DNA from: Kudoa neothunni
Lineage: Eukaryota; Animalia; Cnidaria
DNA length: 64,000 bases
NCBI GenBank assembly: GCA_964304625.1
Contig: OZ199838.1
Location: 12,839,843 to 12,903,842 of the forward strand
Reading direction: 5' to 3'
This document shows, one piece after another, positions 41,152 through 55,420 of the stretch (position 1 is its first letter; each line of letters begins with the position of its first letter). Both the position numbers and the translations under genes were made by a program. Under the pieces are notes generated by a model. The model worked only from the letters and a program-made list of their open reading frames with translations, was not told where the DNA came from and did no database searches.

Positions 41152-43162
41152 TTATTGGCTATTTTCGATGGCGATCGGCGTTATATCAAAAGGATTCCAA
41201 AAAGCGCTGGAAGAGTATTTGTTGTCTAAAAAATTCCAGAACACAATGGTATCATCATGAGAGCTGCTGACAAGTTTTAGGTGGTCGAACAACACCTTGA
41301 ACACACGTCCTTCGTGTTTCTAAATAGGATGATTAATGATTGATTTGGTGGATAAATCAACTATTGAACAATCTATTTCAATGCGAAGAATCACATACAC
41401 GCAAGATATTGTAACAATGGTCGGAGGGATTGTGCTCACTGAATGAGAACAAAGTTTTCATATCCCAAATACGAATCACTCCATCGTATGCCCCGCTGAC
41501 AAGGTAGTCTTTATTAAACCGCAAACATCTACAACAAGCCGATTTCAAATTGGCACACAAAAAAAAGCCTGCAAAGCAATTCATCAATTCTTATCTAAGT
41601 GCGCCCGCATGCTTAAAGTAACAACCTCACCAATTCTTCATTTCCATGTACAATTTGAACGCAAGTTTTTTTCTCAACATTCCACATCCGAATACAAAAG
41701 TCTGAAGAGCCCGTCGCAATTATGGGGTATTCATAATGTAGACTAGCTATTCCCCGTTGATGGCCGGTGAACACATGAACCATATCCAACTTTTCAGCAC
41801 TCCACACCTAAATAAAAACAGTGTACGATCAACAAAATATGCGAACACAATGTCTAGCATACAACAAGAGTTCGATCACCGGATGCAGATAAAATGTATC
41901 TGTCATCGAAATCAATTGCATTAATAGCTCCACGATGATAGGACAGTGTTCTCACTACCACAGGATTGGTAAAGTCTTTAAAATCCCACACTTTAACAAA
42001 CCAATCCTTGGTGCGCATGTCAACCAAAAAGGGTAAACAAATTAATCTCACCTTGGAGCACGTGACGAGCCTATCCTTTCTAAATTTGAGACTTAGCACG
42101 GCGCTACTGTGTTCGTTTAGAACTCTGACACAGGATCGATGTTCAATGCTCCAGATTCTAAACATGACATTCACTTTAGTTGTGCATTATGACTGAACAA
42201 CTACCGCACACTTGAATCACTTGAACCGGTCACCAAACAATTATCATCATATTGAAGACATAGAACTGAACCCGAGTGTCCAATAAATGTGGCAACACAT
42301 TCCTTGGTTTCAATATCCCACATCTACAATTGAAAATGGGAGTGTGTTGAGTGGTTACGACCAATGCGAAAGTTATGTACCTTGGCGGTATTGTCTCGTA
42401 ATCCGGCGGCAATAATTTTGTCATCATATTGAATACAATAGACACCATTGGTCTGTTTGCTCTGACAATGCAACACTTCAACGGTACAATTGCCCTTTTC
42501 CCAATTGCTCTTTAACGTCTATAATATGTGTGTGCATACCACACACAACAAAGATCACCTTCATTTGCCACCTGATGATCAATTTACTTTGACATCAATT
42601 GCAGCGTTCATATATAATGTCCTTGAAATTGGTGGATTGTATCAAATTTGCAACGTTGTTATCTTCTATGTATTTGAACCTACACACCATGCACAAATAT
42701 TAGTAATAGCTAGCTGTGATGGTTGTCTGAGTGATTGGGGTATGAAGTCATAAGGTGTTTTACCAGTTTCGGGCGTGACTTATTTGTCTCCAGTGAGAGT
42801 CACCGTGAATTTGCATTCGAAGATGGCTCGCGCCAAACATTAACCCTTTTCAAAATCTCAGCCCATTTCTTACAAACCAACTCCATCCGACATAATGTGG
42901 ATGCGGTCCACATAACGAACTATATGCTGGATGGGGATAAATACTCCAGCATCATACAACGATGCGATAATATCAATATCTAATAGCATTTTAATTTCTG
43001 CAACATTACACAATGATCCTCAGATGTTGATGCTTTGAGCAATCTTTCAAATTCGGCTATGGTCCCTGAGCTGTTTGTTGGAGCAATGTCATCCATTGGA
43101 TCGATTAGCTCATTATCAGAAAATTCTCTCCCACTATCTTCTGGAACCTCCGTAATCGCCAT
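41152..43162 (-). CDS. BTRC: F-box/WD40 protein beta-TrCP (BTRC/FBXW11/slimb), multi-exon
   Basis: [67 protein letters not shown] and [16 protein letters not shown] are characteristic beta-TrCP WD40 repeats. Confidence 0.93.
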
Positions 43163-44937
43163 TATCTTCGTTTGGCCGATCCGTGCCGTCAATTAATTTT
43201 GAAGTTACATTCACCGAGAAGATTATGATTCGCGCACTTGGTTCTATCTACCGTTCAGAATAGTGTGTGTGTGTGCATTTCGTGGATAAATTAGGGAGAA
43301 TATTTGGATTGTAAAATTATGAGCTGACGCAAAATTTAATCTCTTTCTAAACCCCCATTCCATTAAGTAAAAAACCCCGCTTATATAATTTTTGTATATT
43401 ATTGTTATTTTTGGAATATACAAAAACTAATATTTGTTGGTCAGATTTTAGTTAGAATTATGCTGTACTTAACACTGCATGGCTATAAAAGTCACAATTG
43501 AATTTAGTTTTTTTGTTAATTCTCGATGTATAATATTTTTGATTGGTAAATATGCTATACTTTTTTGTATACACAATCCCACTATTACGTTATTTTGGCC
43601 AACGCTTAAATGGATTTAATTAGGGCTCACTTTTGTCTACTCGAAATCGAAGGTAATTACAAAATCCTTTTATATGAAAAGGTGATGCGTTTCTCTAGAT
43701 TATGCCATGAATTTATTCATAATATTCAATCAAATCAGCTTTTACAATTGTATAGGTTTTTATCAATATAGTATCGATGGGATAACATGATTACATATAA
43801 TGCGCAACCGATATCGCGCAAGGAAATTTGGTTTTTTAAATTTTATATTAGAAATTAAATGTTTTGGGAAAAAATTGTTAATTGATAATTTTAAGAAGCC
43901 AAGGTTTCAATGGAAATACGGTTAACCCTTCCTGCCAGGGGTGGGGGTGGGTGGGATATTTGCCATAACCCCAAAAGAAACATTTTTTGTTTTACTCAAA
44001 GCACGAGAATTTTTAGAATGCTCCTACAGACTTATAAGGTTTGCATTTAAACAAAAAAATTATATTCGAAATTTTATAAACTAAAAATTGTACACTTATA
44101 AAAATCGAGAGATAATTATTTCTTAAATAATGTATCGCTAATTTGTATTACCATTACATATATACTTTAACATCATTTAATAAATGAAAATTCCCATATT
44201 ACTAAGGGAAAAGGCGTGCTTTCATCAAAGTAAAACTGATTGGGTATTTACGAATGTTAATTCGATAATACTTTATTAATCTAGCGGCTTGCCCACACTC
44301 CCAATTTTTATAAATTTTTTTATTTTTTGAGGTGATTTTATTTGCTTAAATTTATTAAAAAATCTTCAAAAAAATTTAGGAAGCCGTTGGAATCTTATTT
44401 AGTATACGCCCTTAATCCCCAATGCATACTGGGGATTATTGTGTTTATTACGCTGTCATGTTTGAGATTAGACGAATAATTTTGAGTCCTCCAGATAAAA
44501 AGAGCAAATAAGATTTTTTGAAACTATTTATGAACAAAAAACGGTTAAAAACGCTAAAAGTAGGGGAACCACACATTCTTCAATTACCATAATGTTAAGC
44601 CTTTTGTTGTTGCTGTTATTATCGTCTATTTAACCCAGACTCATTTTCAAAAAGGTATAGATTCCTTAATTTAAACCAATTTGATTTCCGCAATTCGCTA
44701 CAATACTCATGTAAAAGTGGATCCAAACCAGGCAGAAGACTTGATCCAATTATAATGATGTATTCATATGTTTCCGACCACATTTATTGATTACGTATGA
44801 TTTAAATCTTTGTTTGGTTGAAAAATGAGGGAATTGGTCCGGTTGTACGCTCTTATAGCTGCACTTTACTGTATTTGCAATATTGTCGTTTTATTTATTA
44901 CAAAGATCAAAAAAATTTTTCTATGTTAACTTCTATT

Positions 44938-44969
44938 AATATATATATATATATATATAATATATATAT
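44938..44969. repeat. (AT)n microsatellite
   Basis: Interrupted AT dinucleotide run. Confidence 0.9.
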
Positions 44970-46175
44970 GTTCTTAAGGGTTTATATTATGCAGATTTCG
45001 AAGGATTTAAAATTGACTAAGGCATATTTTTGCTGGGGTTACTGCTGGTACCACGAATAATTGTTGCTAACTATATTATAACATACTAATAGAGTATTAT
45101 TTGTATCAAATTTTGTTAATCTATCATTATGAAGGCGTTCAGAAAATCAAATTTTAGTTTTTTTTTGCTGTGTATCGAGAACGTTAGTGTAACAGACCCC
45201 CTAAATAAAATTGGAAGTATTTTGACCCCACATTTTTCTTCTGTAAAATTATTTACAATGTAGGTTATATATCATTTTCAAAAATTTAACAAGATTCTAT
45301 CGAGTAAATATTGAATAAATAACCCCAAAACAATATAAGCGACAACGATGTGCGTGCGCTCGAGATATAAGCCAGGTAACACCAAAGTTTTTGACTGGGT
45401 TTAAGGGTTGTATTTTTGATTTTCATAAGCTTCGAAGGCGGATTAAATAAATGGTGGTTTTCAAAAAAACAGCCACAAAAATGAAAAAATGGAAATATAA
45501 TAAAATATAAAAAATTCAAATTAAATTTTAGTTTTAATGTGAAACAAGAAACTGATTCCAGTTCGATGAATGTTTAACCCACCTCGGAACCATATGGAAA
45601 CTCATCGTGATATTTTTTTGGCGACTGATTTTTTTGGTAATCATTTAGTATGTTTCATTTTTGAAGCATAATGGAATAACGAATGAACTGTCGTCTAATG
45701 TATAATTAAAAAAACGCAATATCGGTTACATTTTTGGCTGTAATAAAGAATTACGATTTTTTCGAGAAAAATCATGATTTTTTAATTTAATTATACCTGA
45801 GTTGTGTAGATGCTAATAAGGCGTTAATTTACCGAGTTTTATATTTTTTGTTTCCATTTTGATTAACTATAATCTGGATATACGTATAGAATGTTATAGA
45901 ATACGATATATAATGTCAGCAAATATCTAAGGAACGATGAATATTGCTTTATCATTTAAAATTTCTAGTATCAAATCAATTAAACTCAACCTGATTAGAA
46001 ATTACAGTTAATAAATTCAATTAAACTTAAAAACATGAATGTTATCGATTCGTATAATTTACACTCAAAATATTGCTACATTAATTGGTTGATCTTCTCA
46101 TTAATTTTCATTAAAATTAAATGAAAACATCATAAGGAATTAAATGAAAAGTTTCAATCAGCGTCAATTTATTAA

Positions 46176-46661
46176 TCCTCTAAGGATTTTGGGATAGAAT
46201 TCACCCCAAACAAGTTGTAATCCAATCATATATGCTTTCATAGTTTTTTAATGCGTATGAAATTGTCGCCATACCTATAAATTTATTTTAAATAAAATTT
46301 GTAAGTGTTTGGTTTTTAAAAAAAATAGAGGAAGTCATTAAAAATTAAACAACACCCTCCAAACATTTTGGGGTGAAATTCATCCCAGCATAATTTTTAC
46401 TTAATTATTCATCCGAATAATGTGTTTATTATTAAAAATGAATTCTATATTAACTCGTTATGTCAACAAAAATAAAATAAATTAAATTAGAAATTAAGAT
46501 AAAATAAAATACATAGCAATCACATTTTTTACCTTTGTGCTTTACCGAAGAATTGGTGACTTTTGACTTATGTCGTATAATGTGTCAAATCATATAATAT
46601 TTTTTGTTTAAATAAATTTAAACAAACTCTGAGGTGAATTTCACTCCAAAATCCTTGGAGA
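46176..46661. mobile_element. MITE with ~30-bp imperfect TIR containing the shared palindrome
   Basis: CTAAGGATTTTGGGATAGAATTCACCCC versus GAGGTGAATTTCACTCCAAAATCCTTGG. Left side preceded by TTAA. Confidence 0.6.
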
Positions 46662-47421
46662 TAGTTCGTTTTTTGATACCTTAGAGAGTTCAAGTAATTT
46701 ACTGATTGTCTCCAAGAGAACCAATACAGTTACGTGTGTGCAAACGCATTCGATCTTTAAAGGGAAGGCACCGGGGGCCGTACTTTGAGGGACCCCTAAT
46801 TATAAACATGTTTTCATCTGCGGAATACAACGATAGCTCCTAAGATTTGGATTACTCTTATACCAGTTATTCATATTGTGATGATTCTTCATCAGTCTGC
46901 TTAGTTTCATGTTGAACAGAGCGTTTAAAAAATGTGTGATAATTGTTTTACCGAAATAATTAGTGTTTCCTATCATTTTATGTATTTCTCAACAATATAA
47001 CATAACATTAAAGCCATTTAAAATATGATAAATTAAGGAAACCACAGCAACAAATCCATAAATACAATCATTTTTCAAAGAAAGATAGCAATGTGTGTGC
47101 GTACGCACAATGAGACATTACCTTATAATTAGACGTTCATTTAAAGTTTGTTGGATTAATTTTTCTTACATTTTGTAAGGCAACGTTAAATTTTATTTGA
47201 GAAAATTTTTTTTGAAATATAAACTTAGGGTAGAATTCTACCTCATTTTTATTTTGAGGGCGTAATTTTTTCAGCTACTTAGAATGTTGATTAAATAATT
47301 TATACATACAAAAATCATATTGTAAAAATTTGTAACAAAAAATATCTATAATTATCTTTATTTTCTTTAATTGGAAAAAATAAATTATAAAAGATGTGCG
47401 ATGACATAATTTAGTCTATAT

Positions 47422-48283
47422 CAGCGCTTCCCCGATTCATTTTATTCCCCGCACCTCCTACTACATATGAGGACAATTCCACATTCCTTCCCAAAAAAGA
47501 GATTTTAAAAATGGAATTATTTGTAGGGGGGAATATTTTTACTAAAATTAAATTAAAAAGAAAACAATGTGTGAATAAAATAAATACAACTGATATAAAA
47601 TGAAATATTTTCACTTTTTTTCTATTCTTGTTTAGGACAGTAATTAGGTTTACAATGAGGCTATTTATCAGTTATAGATATACGTAAATCATAATTTGCG
47701 GATGCACCAGAATATATTATATATTTAGTGAAAAATATAACATGCGAATAATGGCGTTTGCGCCATATTATGGATTTTATTAGTTATTTATAGTTGCTTA
47801 TAAATTTAAAAATTAAATGAAGAAAATAAAACATATGGCCGATCCCGAATGAAAAGTTTTAATTATATATAACTTTTGAATGAAAATTTATTCTAATTTG
47901 GAAAATTAAAAATTTTGAATAATTTATCAAAAAAATAAATTACTTAATTTTAATAATTCATAATTTTCTTTGTTGGGATATTTAAGATTTTAACTAAATA
48001 ATTTATTTACGAATAAAAGTTAAATAAATTATTATTTTTATCTAACATCCTAACAAATATAAAATAGTAGATTGAAATAAAATTAATTTTCAGTAAAATT
48101 CATCAAATGCCTATTATCAGATTTATTCCAGCTTCGATTGCGCACGAATCGCACATGATATATTTTTGAGAGAGATTCTGAATACTTAAAATCGGTACAA
48201 TATGTACGAAGCACTCACGGCTGTAAAACTTTTTCTTTTACTCAAGGTGTGAGCCTCGGACCTTCAAATCGGGAAAACTCCTG
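47422..48283 (+). mobile_element. hAT-type non-autonomous element, copy B
   Basis: CAGCGCTTCCCCG...CGGGAAAACTCCTG ends, degenerate TSD GTCTATAT/TCCTATAT, colinear with 11046-11960. Confidence 0.8.
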
Positions 48284-48530
48284 TCCTATATGAAACAGAT
48301 TGTAGAAAATAAGACATTCGTAACAACCACCACTAACTGATTTAAACTAAAATATCGCTAAAATAAATGATTACATAGGAAAAGCGGACGAAAAAAATCG
48401 AAAATGTGTAAAAATAATCTATTGGACCATTTTGTCTAGAAATAAATGAATTATGGCCTAATTCGAAAGCTGATCTTCTTTTTATTGTTGTCGCCTCCAC
48501 AAGTGAATGTGAAACTCAATTCATATTATG

Positions 48531-51500
48531 CAGGCTCGAACCCGATTTGAGTGAGAATGCACTGGTTTACAATGATATTCAATCTCATCTCAAAAATATT
48601 ACAATAAAATCAAATTTCAAACCAAAATCAGATAATTTCACTAATATAAGACCGTTTTCCAGAATAAAGTTAATATTTTTAAGTTTAAATATATATATTG
48701 ATGTTGTTGATTAAATTAAATCATTTTTTTTAAGTAAAAATTCTTTAAAAAGTTACCTCAAGCCTCATTATTACACAGATAATAGAAAAGCAAAATGCGA
48801 TATAAAATATCATCAATTTTCATTAATCCAAAAAGACCATTAAAAACAATTTTTGTCGGTTGATAGTTAATCTATTTGGCTTTTTTCGCCTTCCTCCAAT
48901 GGACTGGATTTCTTTGATAAGGTGGCCACGGAATACATCCAATCTAAAATGTTAAAATCCATTGTGTACCAATTACCAAGATAAAAACACATACAAGCAC
49001 ACTCAAAACCACCCCAACAACTACACATCCTATTGAATAGGATATACGCTCGTAAAAGAAACCAAGCGGATATGCTATTATCTAAGTCATCAAATATAGT
49101 AAAAACCGATTTAATAAATAATACAGTGAATAGGATGAGAATCCATTTGATGAGATTGTTTGCCTTATCTTGTCCAACAAAATCCTATTTAAAACTACTC
49201 AACAAAGCAAAAACTCAAATTATTTACCATCTCCCATTTCCAGAATTGCAATGTCATCGTTTATGAGATAAAATGCGCACGCCTCGGGTATATCAACCAA
49301 AGTTTATAACCTCACTCGGAAGTTTCGAAAAATTTTGTCCATAGAAAATCTTGAATATTATTTAAAAATTAAAAATATTTACATAATATAAGTCTATCGT
49401 TTTATTCAAAACTAACATGTGGCAGAATTTTCCAAATAAGTAGAAACATTACCGAATACGTATTCAAATGTTCGTAATAGAGAATAAAGGGCAGGGTTTT
49501 GTTTCTTATTATTTTTCTAAGGATCTAGCGTAGTTGGACAGGCTCTTATTTTTATACTTTTGTTACCATGAGGAAGTAAAAGTAAAGATAGGTGGTAATA
49601 TTTTCTAATGGAATGAAAGTTATTTTGCCCAAAAACAATGCTCCAGAACTTGATTCTGTGTATTCTTGTGATATCATTGCATCCTAAATATTCAATTAAG
49701 TTAATTTCGTTTAATGAGCGATGTTTCTGTTTAACATCTTCATTTTAATTGAGTTTTCTGACAACAAATGGAATACTGGTTTAATATTAGGATCTTATAC
49801 ATAACTTGGTTTTTCAAAAATCAGTTATTTTATTAATTTACCTGAAATAATTAATTAATTCACACTTTTTATTAAGTCATTAATTTATAGAATGATACCT
49901 CCTAGCTGTAGTTTTAATGTAGAATTCAGGAATTAATTTAATAAACTTTAACAAAATGTTTAGCTATGTTGAAATCATTTTATAATTTAACCTCCAAAGA
50001 TCTGAGAACAGATTTATTTCCTTCGCCGCAATCAATCGATAAATATACTTCATTTCAAGAATCGTTTTTATAAATGAGTTTTATATAGCGAGGTTTCTGG
50101 GTGGTTAGAAAGAAACTAACTATGGTTTAAAAACTCACTATTATAGAGTTTTCGAATTCAAAGAAGAGGGATCGAGGCCGAACAAATTAATAATTTAGGC
50201 TACATCGTAACTGCGTCAATTTTAATTTTCGTGTGAGAATTTTCGGATCAATCATCGTTGGGCACGACCTTGTAAAATGAGCACAGTATTACTCATTCCG
50301 ATAATTCTTACAATAGAAAAAGATTGTCACCAGGAAAATTTATGCTGATTCACGCAAATAAAATTATTATTCTTCCTAAAGAATACCGCCAGCTGTATGC
50401 GGCCACCGGATGTTGGAATAACACATTACTTAAAATGCTACTATCAAAGTACTCTTTGTCGGAACATTTATAGTATATGAAGAAAGCAGCGAACCAGAAT
50501 TTACATTACTAGACTATGTCAGAACCCCTGAAAAATCTTGGGATAAAGTTTCTTCCATAATCATCATTAATTGTTTAATTAAGTCAAAAATATTTAACAA
50601 AGATATCCATGTTATTTCAAATTTTACTTAAAATCATTTAGAAAAAAACCCATTTAGAAAATATCGCACGTGACGAAGGTAGCATACACGGAATATTGTA
50701 TATTTATTTTAAAATTTGGTTGAAAACGATATCTTTGAGATAATTATACTCGAACATAACACTTCAATATGTGATTAAGAAGAATGTTTAATGTTGACCA
50801 AAAAGTGTATTTAACAATGAAGAAGAGAAAGAAGTAACTAAAGCAGTGACTATTAGTGTCATTTAGATTAAACTTAATGTGCGGAGAACAGGGTTTATAA
50901 AAAGTGATCAAGATGGTTTATTTTTGTTATATTCAATAATGGACTGAAGCTCACATTCGGGAAAAAACGTTTTACTCAAATATACATTACAAATAATTTA
51001 AAAATGTTAAAAATTAATATATATATTTCTCATCATAAATTTATTTACCTATTTCATACTTAATTCATCTTTTGATGGAGTTTATTTACACAGTTTATCT
51101 AATACACACAATTTGTCCATCTGAATTAATACTATGAACAATAAATTTCGAGAAATCACGTCATTTTTTGATGGAATTGTGTAAAACCGTCTATAAAAGT
51201 GGACATTAATATATTTTGCATAAAATTAATTCTTGTCAATAGAAATTAAATTTTTGGTGTTTTATCCAAAAGTATAAAAATTTTTAAAGATCCTTTGAAA
51301 ACTTTGTTAAAATTGTTAGCATCATTTTAAAGGTTATCAAAAATGAGCGGGAAAAATTGTCATGTCTTAAAAGCGAATAGATCAAAATTTATTTTAAGAT
51401 AGAAATATTTATTTAGAAATCCAGACGATTTCAACTAAAAATATTGATATTTTAGGTTTATTACAAGAGGTGTTAATAGTTACAGATGATTGTCAATTAT

Positions 51501-51702
51501 CTCGCCTAGACAAATTTTTCGTGTATACATCTCAAAATATTGACGCATTATTTATTTAAATAAAACCAAAAAAGATTATTTTTTTATTAGAAACACATAA
51601 ATGAATAAAATATAACTTTATCTCGCGCCGCGCGTGTGCCAATTGTGGTACTGCGAGGTTTTTCGTTGGTCCCATAAAACCTCGCTATAACCGGGTTCGA
51701 CT
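48531..51702 (+). mobile_element. Highly decayed pogo/Tigger transposon
   Basis: TCGAACCCG/CGGGTTCGA TIR-like ends. Remnant GWLER (CENP-B HTH-like, ~50100) and LLFFLKNTASCMRPPDVGI (DDE_1 LPPNTT..QPLDQGI-like, ~50365-50420). Confidence 0.5.
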
Positions 51703-52365
51703 TTAGCTCTCTTTTTTTAATTTTTTTTCATCGGAAAATAGATTCCTCTACTACATTATTTAATTTATTTCACCAAATAAAATGCACAACAAGTTTTTTT
51801 ATTGATACTTTTGTTGAAACTTTTTGTGAATAGATGATTTTTGAAGTTTATATTAAAATAAACTAGAAACATTTTCCAATTTAATTATACAATATTTAGC
51901 TCAAAAATAGCATCCTCGAACGACGATAAAAAATAATTATCGTTCGTTAAGCCATGAGAATGAAATATTTGTGAATATTTATTTGATTAAAATTTCATAT
52001 GACAGATTAAGTCAATCAGTTTAATTTTAAAATACAGATTTTAATAAAATTTTGAATATTTAATGAAAAAATGTTAGTGTAGTCAAAAAATAAGAGTAGA
52101 TTTTTCAATGGAGCTATATTTGGTATTTTATTTAATTATAGTCAACATAAAACATGAAATTAGCTGTGATTCATGAGTGGAGGTGCGGGAATAAAATATG
52201 AGTAGAAATATTATTCTATTTTCTACAATGAAAGGAGTATTAACTCATTACTGTCCAATTATTTTCTTCACGAAATTTTGAAAAATTTACTGATAATTCA
52301 ATTCATCTTATTACTTTTCTCGTACGATTTAGGATTATTTCTCAAAACATTATTGATGTCTGACG

Positions 52366-55300
52366 CAGGGTTGCCAGAAGATTAGCGAAAAAGTACCAAA
52401 AATTGTTGAAAAACGTACCAAAATCAAGTAAAACGTACTAACAGTTAATCTGCGCAAAAAGGGGATTATGGGGAAAAAACAAAGTTATTTTCATAAAGGT
52501 TTCTCTCTATGAACGCTTTTACTAAATTTTCAGCTGGATTCCATTTTGTACAATCCGTATTACAAAATAAACTTTTCGAATAAATCAAGCTGTTTAATGT
52601 TTGGGTCTTCAATAATGATCTATTTTTCATTTTGATTATGTTCAATTGGGAAAATATTCTTTAGGCACAAGCTGTAGAATGAGGTAATGAAATCAAGCTT
52701 ATTGTGGCGGTGTTGATTAAAAAACGATTAGTCCCACGCGGAACATAGATTTTTGGGTGAACTTTAATCAAATGGTGTCTTTCTTAGCGCAACCAAGCAA
52801 CACTTATCATTAGTTTTTGAGTTAATGGATATTTAGGAAAATCGCCAATTCTTTTGTTTTTTGATTCATCGTACCAAAATTTTTTGGGGTCACTTATCGA
52901 GAAGAGATTTGAGTATTCGAAAGTTAATTGTCTCCATTCAATATCTACATTGGTGTAATCTTCATCCGATATAAGTTTGGGGAATCTTGTTGCAAGGGGA
53001 TGATAGACTCAGGCTTACCTTCATTTACGTTACTTGAACTCATGGCCTCAAACATTTCAAGTTCTTTAAATGAATTATTATATAGAAATCGATAAAATAT
53101 TTTATTTTTTAAGGCAATATAGAAGTTAAATGTATTTATTTTATATTAGAGATATTCTTGTGAATTTACTATGGAAGAACTCATTGTATAGATGCAAGTC
53201 ACTTTGGACCCGCAACAAACACTATCTAATGGAAGATAATTTGGAGGGTTATTAATATTCCAAATATCAACATTTTCAATTATTTCTTTTTTCATAAAAA
53301 AGCCAAAAATTACTTTTGCTTTAACACTAATTGAATTTTGTAGCTTGTGCATTCGAAAGGTTTCTGATTATAATTCAAGATTAAGTTTGTTCATTAGTGG
53401 GAGTATAAGGTTTAAGAATTCAAAATACATACGATTGGATGGTTTATTGAATTTATGATTTATTAATTTTGCTGATCCAAAACCATTTTCTAATACTGTA
53501 GTAGCGAAAAACATTTTAAGCGCACTCCACTGATCGAGTATTCTAGCGACGGCTTGTTCAAGTGACAACCTTCCCGTCCTACAAGCGCGTAATATCTTTC
53601 TAGGACAAATATCCATTATCTCCAACATGACCAAATACTTGTCCATTGTCTTTCTAACATCGTCATCATAATATCGAGCTACTAAAACTAGTTGTTAAGT
53701 TGTGGATATATCATATCTGTGGTTTCATCTATTATTAATGAAAATTTGGTTGTTTGTAATTTTGAGATTAAGTTTTTAAATAATATTTTCTAATAACATG
53801 ACGAAAATCCATTTGTTATAGTTTGGGATTAAGTCCGCGCAAAAGAAAGAGAACTGGAATAAAATAGACTAAAGGTAGTGATGGTATTCCTCCCAGCTTA
53901 GTTGTGTCTATGTATATCTCCGTGTAGCGTGGGCCTCCCCTCGGTCTGCACCGGGTCTCCCACCCGGGAACGACTTCCCTCTTTATTGTGAGGGTCGTGA
54001 TTCTCGGATTATGACACCATTTTCCTTTCGATCGAGCATATTTAATATCTTTGCAAATAGCAGAATCTTCACAAACATTGGCAACTAAACCAGGCAAATG
54101 ATCCAAGAATGACAACGGCAAATTGTGTTCCGTAACGAAGGCACATAATTTCAATTCTGCTTTAGCTATTTTTCGAGCATATACAGCAGAACTGTTTAAT
54201 TCTATATAACCATCTATTTTCATATTATTTGTGGATTGTCTCATATTTCTTAAATGCTTTTCAGTTGCCGCATGCCTTTCGATTTGTGAAATACTCCCCG
54301 AAATTTCACTTTTACAACTTTTACAGAACACTTTCTCCTTGATATCCTTACTCATATCAATCCACTAGATAAATCTTCGATTTTCCAACCATTCTATTCT
54401 TACCTTGCTTTCGTAACCTTTATATATTTTTTTAGTGTTACTCATATCGTTTTCGCAGTCGCTACCGTTTTGATTAAAGGCCATAAAGAATTACTAACCC
54501 ACAAAATATTACACTATGTATAAAACAATAAAAGTTACAGAAATTAATTTGACTTGTTGAATGCACAAACTTTGTAGTAAATTATTAAAACGCGCGTTAT
54601 TAAGAATGAATTTGTACGTTAAAATAAGTGTTTGTGTATAAAATTGTATTCTTAACGCATTCCAGATATTGTTTTCCTCTTTTACTTCGTTTTCGTATCA
54701 TTTAAATATTTTTTGGCGTCAGTGATAGCGCCAATTTTAAAAAATATAATTTATTAACGATTCCTCTGATTAGAAATGTATAAACTTAACATTTTACGAA
54801 ATTTTTTTAGCGACAACTAAATTTTATAACACTTTCGAGTTAGATTTTTTTTCGTTAAAAAACATTTAAAAACCTAAAGTATAAAACATATGCGCAGGAA
54901 AATTAATTTTATGTGGTAAATGAGCTAATTTCCCATGTACAAGGTTAAATATACATTGGGATTACGTGGAACTGATTTGACCATGAATTCGAATGTCGTT
55001 TCATTTATAACAATAAATAGATAATATTTTAGTGGCCAGAAACTCATTTTATATATAAGTGAAGAAAAAATAAGCTTAGATTTATAAAATTTCGTCAAAT
55101 GATAATATGTTGAAATTTAATTGTTTGTTTTGTTTTCTTTATGAAACAAAATATTAAAGGGATAGATTGGATATTTAAAATAACATCGAATTCAACAGCC
55201 AGACATATTTTACATATCTTCGTATAATATTATATCTATACGCTGAAATAACAATATATAAACGTAAAAAGTATAAATTTTGAAATAAGCCATTAATGCT

Positions 55301-55420
55301 ACTTTGCATTCATTACTAATACCTAACTGGAAACTAGATATCGTCGAGAGGATTAAAAATCATGCCGTGAAGGTGATAAAGTACCATTTTGGTACGAAAG
55401 TACCGATTTTGGCAATCCTG
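52366..55420 (-). mobile_element. Decayed hAT transposon (ZNF862/Tip100-like transposase)
   Basis: TIR CAGGGTTGCCA/TGGCAATCCTG and repeated AAGTACC subterminal motifs. Fragments FCKSC..HAATEKH, AELKLCAFVTEHNLP, FSLIIDETT and RLSLEQAVARILDQW. TSD is degraded. Confidence 0.88.
53814..54016. mobile_element. Solo LTR (203 bp) inserted in the hAT transposase
   Basis: TGTTATA...TATGACA ends, perfect 5-bp TSD CCATT, GC-rich relative to flanks, AATAAA present. Confidence 0.85.

Noticed and set aside
53816-54355. 179-aa ORF as a novel zinc-finger fusion protein
   Set aside because: It is the hAT transposase N-terminus reading into the inserted solo LTR.
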